In this document: positions 12,201 through 18,700 of the stretch, in pieces
How the letters are laid out: every line of letters starts with the position of its first letter
How positions within the stretch are numbered: the first letter of the stretch is position 1
DNA from: Gracilinanus agilis
Taxonomy: Eukaryota
Length of the DNA stretch: 64,000 nucleotides
Direction: 5' to 3'
NCBI RefSeq assembly: GCF_016433145.1
Contig: NC_058132.1
Coordinates: forward strand, 30,782,437-30,846,436
Program-made: the position numbers and the translations under genes
Notes under the pieces: model-generated
Database searches by the model: none
What the model was told of the DNA's origin: nothing
What the model saw: only the letters and a program-made list of their open reading frames with translations

Positions 12201-13828
12201 CTTGCCAGCCATTGAGGGGCAGGTGCCCCGGGGGCGCCGGGCTCCGGGCCCTCGTCCATCTTCCTTTGGGAGTCTTCTCCCCAAAGAAGGGGAGGAACAC
12301 TCATGGCAGGTGGCAGGACTGTGCCTGGCACGACCGACCCGCTGCCCAACCTGGAGGGGCCCCCGAGGCCTTGTATTAAGCACCTCCTGTGTACCGGGCA
12401 TCGGGTCAGCTCCCTCGCCACCATCCAGGCTTTCCTAATGGCCGCCATGGGGTATTCCGTGGCCTGGCCCGAGCCCCTTCCCCATCTCCCTCGGGATTGG
12501 AGATCTTAAAGCCGCCAGGTGGGGCAGTGCGCAGAGCCCCTGGCACTCCCTCAGCTGTGACCCTGGGCACGGCCCCTCCTTCCAGGAGTGCTTGTGGGCC
12601 CCTGGGCCAGGCACGTTTATGGAGCGGCCACTTCCAGTTACTGCACGCAGATCATGATCCCCTTTTACAGAGGAGGAAACCCAGATGAATAAGCCGGGGG
12701 TCACACAGAAATAAGTGCCTGAGGCTGGACTTGAACCCTGGCCCCAGGCTGGCTGCCTCAGCCGGCGAGATCATTCCCAGCTTTGAATCTCTGTGCCTGG
12801 GATCTTTCTCAAGGCCTCGCCCCCCCCCCCCCATTTCAAAGATGAAGAAACTGAGAAACTGAGGCCCCGGAAGGGAGGCCACGTCTAGGATTGGAACCAG
12901 GGTTTGGGCCCGCCCTGGCAGCGCTCTCTCCATCTGGCCGGAAAGGCGGGCCTTGAAGAAAGGCCGGAGCAGGGCGGGGCGGGGGATGCCGCCCCCCTCC
13001 CCCCCTCGCATCAGCCCTTTGTATTTGCAGGAAGCTGCAGTTTTGGGACCTGGAGTTTGAGAGCAAGTCCTTCCTGTACAAACAGGTACAGCGCGCGGCG
13101 GCGGCCCATTTTCCAGGCTGGAAGGTGGAGGCTGGGGGGAGAGGCAAGGATTACCGAACCACCCCCACCCCCGGCCGCTTTGGCTGGGGAACCCCGGAGA
13201 GCCTCGCGGGGGCTCGCGGCGCCCCCTGGTGGTGATGAGCGAGCAGGCTGCGCCGGGGGTCGTGCGGCTCCCTCCGTGCTTCCTCCATGGGGGGGCTCCG
13301 CTGCGCTGAGGCGGAGGGGGGCCGCGTCGCCCCCGGGCGGGAGGGGGCTGGGCGGTTGACCGCTTGGGGGCTGCGGCAGGTGCGGAGGATGACGGCGTGC
13401 CTGGTGGCCGTGGGCCTGGGGGCCTCGACGCCGCGGCAGGTGAAGGAGAAGCTGGAGAGTGGGGACCCCGGGAGAGGCCCCGGCCTCCTGGTGGCCCCCG
13501 CGCAGGGCCTGTTCCTCAAGACCGTGCAGTACGCCGGCCTCGGTGAGCGCCCCCTCCCCGGGCTCTGGGACCCCAAACCCGCGGGGGGACGGGGCGGAGC
13601 CGACAAAAGGCGCTTTCAGTGCGGCGGGGCGGGGGAAGGGGGCAGGATGTGAACAGGCGCCGAAGGGCGGCCAGGTGCCGGGGGCCACAGGGAGCCCATT
13701 TTCTCCCCTCACATCCGGGGCTCCGCCTTCCCTCCCCAGACTGGGCCCCCGGTGAGGCTTGCTACAATCGCCCGTCTGTCTCCGGAGGCCGGAGCCCAGG
13801 ACACGTGCCAGAAGGGCCTGAGCTCTGA
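237..13828 (+). CDS. PUSL1: tRNA pseudouridine synthase-like 1 (TruA family), spliced CDS
   Basis: join(237-295, 6061-6118, 6863-7050, 9778-9924, 10148-10321, 13031-13085, 13380-13542, 13740-13828?). Phases chain in frame (933 nt, 310 aa). TruA motifs RYLVFFQYVGT, SRTDAGVHA (catalytic Asp), FHARF, HDFRAF, SFLYKQVRRM, APAQGLFL. Last exon uncertain. Confidence 0.92.
3096..3305 (+). mobile_element. tRNA-derived marsupial SINE (SINE1_Mdo-like) with long A tail
   Basis: GGCAGCTGGGTGGCTCA head, GGTTCAAAT B box, GTGACCCTGGGCAAGTCACTT core, A tail. Confidence 0.85.
3612..3845 (-). mobile_element. MAR1-type SINE (similar copies at ~2520-2645 and ~62355-62580)
   Basis: TTTTCTTGGCAAAGATACTAGAGTGGTTTGCCA..TTTGACAGATGAGGAAACTGAGG signature. 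Confidence 0.7.
4395..4592 (+). mobile_element. SINE1-like element with 14-bp TSD
   Basis: AAAATCCTTGGTGG at 4381-4394 and 4593-4606. Confidence 0.9.
5891..6066. other. Assembly gap (176 N)
   Basis: Run of N. Confidence 1.
6061..6118 (+). CDS. PUSL1: PUSL1 exon 2 (..MAIKRPGQRVGVQNFLE); first ~6 nt in N gap
   Basis: VGVQNFLE motif, GAG|GTAAGT donor; start inferred from phase and expected 58-nt length. Confidence 0.8.
6863..7050 (+). CDS. PUSL1: PUSL1 exon 3 (RAAERLN..SRTDAGVHA..HPDIR)
   Basis: CCCAG| acceptor, CAG|GTATGG donor, catalytic motif. Confidence 0.95.
8045..9187 (-). mobile_element. Two antisense SINE1-like copies (~8045-8225, ~8985-9187) around L2/MIR remnants
   Basis: Reverse-complement SINE consensus. 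Confidence 0.75.
9778..9924 (+). CDS. PUSL1: PUSL1 exon 4 (VIRAFRAPDDFHARF..CWPLRA)
   Basis: CTTCTAG| acceptor, GA|GTAAGT donor. Confidence 0.95.
10148..10321 (+). CDS. PUSL1: PUSL1 exon 5 (HLDVAAMQEAA..HDFRAF..QEK)
   Basis: CCCTAG| acceptor, AG|GTAAGA donor. Confidence 0.93.
13031..13085 (+). CDS. PUSL1: PUSL1 exon 6 (KLQFWDLEFESKSFLYKQ)
   Basis: TTTGCAG| acceptor, CAG|GTACAG donor. Confidence 0.93.
13380..13542 (+). CDS. PUSL1: PUSL1 exon 7 (VRRMTACLVAVG..APAQGLFLKTVQY)
   Basis: GGCAG| acceptor, G|GTGAGC donor, TruA C-terminal motifs. Confidence 0.92.
13740..13828 (+). CDS. PUSL1: Candidate PUSL1 terminal exon (DWAPGEACYNRPSVSGGRSPGHVPEGPEL*)
   Basis: Nearest strong acceptor CCTTCCCTCCCCAG|; alternative acceptors at 13914 and 14093; tail not recognisably conserved. 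Confidence 0.4.
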
Positions 13829-14105
13829 CTGGGTCCAAGAAGGGAAACCGAGCGGATCGGAGCCCCCCCAGCCCCCGGGTACGCCCACACGCCCTCAGCC
13901 CCCTCCCTGACAGGCACCCCGGGGCCCCAGGCTGTTAGGATGCTTCCTGGGGGGCGGGGGCACGTCACTGCTCGAGGTTGAAGCTTCCTGTGGTTCAGGG
14001 GTGCTGGCAGAGCCCATGGGGGAGGGGGCGCAGGCTCCAGGCCCAGGGTCCCCCTCACGTAAGGCAGTCCAAACCCAGGTTGTCTTCAACAGGTCCCGCC
14101 TGCCC

Positions 14106-15125
14106 ATGGCCCTGAATGACACGGGAAGCGCCTTGTCGGCCGAGCTCCAGGGCCACCGTCTGTTGGCTGTGGCTTATGGCGTGGTCTTTGCAGTGGGCCT
14201 GGCTGAGAACGTGGCGGCCGGGAGCCTCCTCCTGGCCAGGCTGCGCCGCTCCAGCCCCTCTGCTGTGCTCCTGCTGAGCATGACCGCAGGCGGTGCCACC
14301 TTCGCGGGCGCCCTGCCCCTGAGGGTCCACTACCATCTGTGTGGGGGCGACTGGCGCTTTGGGGAGCTGGCGTGCCGGCTGAGCGGCGGCCTCTACTGGG
14401 CCTTCACCTTCCTCAGCGCCGCCTCTCTCTTCTGCCTCTGCCTGGACTGCCACCTGGCCCTGGCACACCCCTTCAGCCGCCTGCGCCTGCGCCGGGGCCA
14501 CTGGGCTGCGGGGAGCCTGCTGCTGTGGGGGCTGGCCGTGAGCGTGGCCACCCCCCTGGCCCCGCCAGCCCCCCTGAGTCGGACTGGCCCCAACAACCGC
14601 ACCTGGTGCTTGGAGACTCCTGCGGAGGAGGCGGGGTCCAGGCCTCACGGCGCCTATGCCCAGGTGGTGGGCCTCCTGGCGCCATGTGCCCTCGTCCTGG
14701 GGGGCTGCCCGCTGCTGGCCTGGCGCATGGCCTCTGGCCGCAGGACGCGACGCTGCCGGAGGGCCCTCAGGACCCTCTGCTTCAGCATGCTGGTGTGCGC
14801 ACTCTGCTTCCTGCCCTTCGCCCTCACCCGCCTGCTGCCCCGCTTCAGCCGCCTCGGCTACCTGCGCCCGGCGGTGCTGCTGCTGGTCAGCCTGGGCTCC
14901 TGCCTCAGCCCCCTCCTCGGCCTTCCCTGGCTGTGTCGGGCTGGCCGCAGGTTCTGGGCTCGCCTCTGCCCCTTCAGACCCAAGATATACACCATCTACG
15001 ACGGCAGGCTGGGCAGGAGCGGCCAGCTGGGGAACGCTGGAGAGAGCCAGGCTGGAGGAGCAGGCCTGTGTCCCCAGGAGGCCCCCCCGGACCCTCTATC
15101 ACCTACAGGAGCTCAGGACACATGA
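14106..15125 (+). CDS. Intronless class A (rhodopsin-like) GPCR, P2Y/LPAR6-like orphan, 339 aa (369 aa if ATG 14016 is used)
   Basis: Seven hydrophobic segments. N-glycosylation sequon NDT at the N-terminus, TM1 GLAEN, TM2 LP (P2.58), ECL1 WRFGELAC, post-TM3 HP, TM4 W, ECL2 Cys (TWCLE), TM6 CFLPF, TM7 SCLSP. Acceptor TTGTCTTCAACAG| at 14092 just upstream; AATAAA at 15262. Confidence 0.85.
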   Translation: MALNDTGSALSAELQGHRLLAVAYGVVFAVGLAENVAAGSLLLARLRRSSPSAVLLLSMTAGGATFAGALPLRVHYHLCGGDWRFGELACRLSGGLYWAFTFLSAASLFCLCLDCHLALAHPFSRLRLRRGHWAAGSLLLWGLAVSVATPLAPPAPLSRTGPNNRTWCLETPAEEAGSRPHGAYAQVVGLLAPCALVLGGCPLLAWRMASGRRTRRCRRALRTLCFSMLVCALCFLPFALTRLLPRFSRLGYLRPAVLLLVSLGSCLSPLLGLPWLCRAGRRFWARLCPFRPKIYTIYDGRLGRSGQLGNAGESQAGGAGLCPQEAPPDPLSPTGAQDT

Positions 15126-15261
15126 AAGCGCCCCTCCTGAGGGCCGCTGACCACGGGGGCCATCCCTGGGGCCCTCATCAGCTGCACCAGCCCCCCAGGC
15201 CCTGCCCCTCCTGTCTGGGGCTCAAACCTGGCTTGAAGGCCCTGAGGAGCTACAGCAGACC

Positions 15262-15267
15262 AATAAA
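15262..15267 (+). terminator. Poly(A) signal AATAAA for the GPCR (and likely PUSL1)
   Basis: Canonical hexamer 137 nt after the GPCR stop; T-rich sequence downstream. Confidence 0.7.
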
Positions 15268-15312
15268 AGGTCCAGAAGGAGGACACCAAGGCTGCTGGGT
15301 GGCTTTTGGTTT

Positions 15313-15318
15313 TTTAAT
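15313..15318 (-). terminator. Poly(A) signal ATTAAA for INTS11
   Basis: TTTAAT on + strand, ~325 nt past the INTS11 stop. Confidence 0.6.
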
Positions 15319-15641
15319 TTTCGTCCTTAAAAGGCAGGCTCCGGTGGCTGAGCCTCATTCTAGGCACTTGAAGGAGAGGGGAGTTGGAGCCGGCACCCCA
15401 AACCCCAGGCCCTGACTGCCCTCCTGGAGCTTCTCGACTGGTTGAGGAGACAGAGTCAGCTTCAGATTCCCACCAGGCAGAAGGGAGGTCGGGGCGGCAA
15501 GCCTGGGATGCCAGTGCGGATACAGGGAATCCGCCGGGCGGCGGCAGAGCCTCAGAGCGGGGGCGGCGTTGCTGCTCCTTCCCCACAAAGCGCATCTAAA
15601 GGGTCTTAGGAGACGGCCCAGAGCAGCTCCCAGGTGGGCCC

Positions 15642-15707
15642 TCAGCTGGGGGCCTGCGGGAGCCCCTTCTTCAGCAGCGACGTGAGGTAGCTGCCCAGCT
15701 CTTCATC
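15642..15707 (-). CDS. INTS11: INTS11 coding exon 17 ([21 protein letters not shown])
   Basis: Acceptor, in-frame TGA at 15642-15644. Confidence 0.95.
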   Translation of the reverse strand, partial: DEELGSYLTSLLKKGLPQAPS

Positions 15708-18700
15708 CTGCGACCGAGACAGAGGAGGAGGCTCATCCTCTGACCAGACCTGTGGCCTACGGCTTCCAGGAGGGTCCACAAGGGCTGGACAGAAGACTGT
15801 GGCCATTTCAACCCTGAGCCAACCAGAAATGGGGGAGGAGGCGGGTGCCCCATGGGAGCAAACGCCTAGGCAGGGGGGCCTCTCACCTGGTAGGTCCAGG
15901 AGACCAGGAGCACTTTGGTGCCTGGGTCCTCCGAGTGGGCAGTGGCCTGGATCAGGATGGACTCCACCATGACTGAGCCATCAGGCAGGTGCTGGACCGA
16001 ATGAGCTTTCAGAATGCTAAGAAGAGGACAGATGGACATGGCTGCCAGACCTGCCCCCCAGTGACCCCTGCGCCCTGGCCTGAGGGGAGAGAGCTCTGTG
16101 GGCTCTGTGCATCAGGGGCTTCCCTAAAGCCACAGTCCAGGAGAGCCCTGAGCGCTGGCTGAGCCGCCCAAAGGCAGCTGCAGTTTCCCAGGTGTTGGGG
16201 GAGGGCACCCCTTCCTCCTCACCTCTTCAGGTGACTGTAGACACGCAGCACCGTCTCCTGCTCCTTGCGTGTGTCATGGATGTGCACTCGGCAGGTGAAG
16301 CGAAGCTGGTGTTCAGCCAGGCCCAGCTCCTTGAGGGCCTGCTCGGAGGACACCAGCCGGAAATTCTGGCAGAGTAGAGGAAAGGAGTGTCACGGCCAGC
16401 CCCTGGCCCATGTGTGTAAAGGTTAGTCACTGTCGCAGTTGTGGGAAAGGCCCAAGTGACCCACGGTAAGCTGGGCACCATCCGTCACCCCCAAAGCCAG
16501 ACCAGGAGCGGCTCAAGTGAGCCCCACTGACCCAAGGAACTCCAGGACTCACACCCAGCCTCAGTTTCCCCCCATGTCCATGCTGCCGGGCACCTCAAGA
16601 GAAGGCCCAGGCCAGTGATGAGCAGAAGGGAGGAGAGTCAGAAGGCCTCCCCGGAGCCTGGGCCACTCACATTGTCCTTCATGATGAGAGTGCCATGCAT
16701 GAGCTTGGGCTTCTTTGCATCAGGGAGCAGGCCTGGTGGGGAGAGGAGGAAGAGACCTGTCATGCAGACTCCCTGGCGCCCCTCATCTCCATCCCCCTTC
16801 TCGGCCTCCCTCCCACACCTTGTGCCTGTCCACATAAGACACCATACCCAGGGCCATCTCTCTCTTCAGCAGCCCCAGCGAGATGCCCACAGGGATGTTG
16901 GGGTGGGTGAGTAGGGTGACCGTCTCTCCATTGGCCGGCATGTAGCAGTTCACATCTGCCAAAGGCATGACATCACAGGATTAAAACCAAACGGGGGCAA
17001 CCACAGGTGACCCAGATTCTTAGAGTTGCTCAGGTGGGCCCAGGCTTCCTCAGCTCTTCCACCCTGCCAACGCTGATTAGACAAATGCCAATGCAGGCAA
17101 AGCCCTGGGCCAGGTGCTGGAAATACACAGACAAAACCAAAACCAGCTTCCACTCTCGAGGAGGCCCCGGGCCTGCCACCACCACTGTCTGCAGCGAGCC
17201 TTCCCAGACCCCAGGCAGCATCTGTGCCAACTTCCCACAGACCATTTACTTCTAAAAGCCCATCCCCCAGCAGAGCCCCCTGCTCTGAGGTTTGCTCATG
17301 CAAGTCTTGGCCATCCCCGTCCTGGGGAAGCTTCACCCCAACCACTGCTCCCTGTCCATGATCTAACAGGCTCCACCAGGAGGCCTGGTAGGGCCAGTCT
17401 GAGGGGTCCCAAGAGGATTTCCACCCTTATCTCCACCCAACGCCAGGCCCACATACGGAATTCCTGTTCAATCTTCTGCTTTAGGAACTCCATCTTCTTG
17501 GCTTCCCCGTGGACAAGCAGCACGTTGTCTGGCTCAGCCTGGCGGACCAGCTGCATGATGCCCTTGGCATCGGCATGGGCACTGAAGGACATGTACTCCA
17601 CTTGCATCTTCACCTCTAGCTGAGGACAGATGGAAGAGAGTCACACACACAGAGAAGGCGGCAAGTGGGCAGGCAGAAAGGCAGATAGACAGGCAGAGAA
17701 ACAGACAGAAAGATATGCGAAGACAGACAAGACAGAGAAGCAGAGACAGACAAAAGGGCAGGCAGGCAGAGAAGTAGACAGGAAGGAAGACAAGAAGACA
17801 GAAGCAGAAAGACAGGCAGACTTATCACTGATCAATGTGGCTCTATCAGCACTGAATATTCAGGTGCACCACAGGTCTTTGGCCCATAAATAGCTCTCAG
17901 GACATCACAGAAGCACCTTCCATAGTTACAATCAGAGTAAAACTAAATTTCATCTGCCTTCTTACAGAGCCAAGAATATTTTAACTCTCTAAACTTCATT
18001 TGAAATCTTTCTTAAAAACCCTTACTTTCAGTAGCTGGGTGGCTCAGTGGATTCAGAGCCAGGCCTAGGAAAGGGAGGTCCTGGTTCAAATGTGGCCTCA
18101 GATACTTCCTAGCTGGGTGACCCTGGGCAAGTCACTTCACCCCATCGTCCAGCCCTTACCAACCTTCTGCCTTGGAACCAAAACAGTATTGATTCTAAGA
18201 GAGAGGGTCAACCAGCTAGGAAGTGTCTGAGGCCAATTTGAAGCCAGGACCTCCCATCTCTAGGCCTGGCCCTTTATCCACGGAGCCACCCAGCTGCCTC
18301 TGTCTTTTCCTTTGGATGGAGTTAAAAGCTGCCTCCTTGGAGGCAAACCCTGTGGAATTGCCCTTTAAGCTCAGTAGTCTTCTTGCCTTGGGGCCACGGC
18401 TTTTGTTGAATGCAAACATTTAACTTGGAGAGGAGAGGATAAGTCTATCATCGGTCCAGCACTCTGTGCCACACATCGCCTTTGTCCCTCTCACATCTTG
18501 TCTATCTCTTCTCTTCACAATGACAGCCTATTAAATGCCAATGTTTGCTGCAAGGATGCATTCATGAAGTCTTGTTGTATTTATGTAAACAGAGGACAGT
18601 GTTGGGATGAGGTCATGAGATCCACAAGTCTTCAATCCTGTGATCAGTGCTGTTGCTGTTTCTGACTCCATCCCTCCCAAAGACTTCCTGTCATACCTGT

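Larger units (their letters stand above)
12880..14000. promoter_or_regulatory. Intragenic CpG island over PUSL1 exons 6-8, upstream of the GPCR ORF
   Basis: Dense CpG and GC boxes, e.g. GGGGCGGGGG 13951-13960 followed by ACGTCA (CRE-like) 13962-13967. Confidence 0.6.

Noticed and set aside
13011-13838. 275-aa antisense ORF and other long ORFs in 10.4-13.8 kb
   Set aside because: GC-rich stop-codon depletion and overlap with PUSL1 exons; no domain signature.
14059-14092. GTAAGG donor plus CAG acceptor forming a 34-nt intron upstream of the GPCR ATG
   Set aside because: Below the usual minimum vertebrate intron size.
14339-15415. 358-aa alternative-frame ORF (and 14656-15150, 14055-14648 antisense) overlapping the GPCR
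   Set aside because: Pro/Gly/Ala/Arg-rich shadow frames expected in very GC-rich coding DNA; no recognisable domain.
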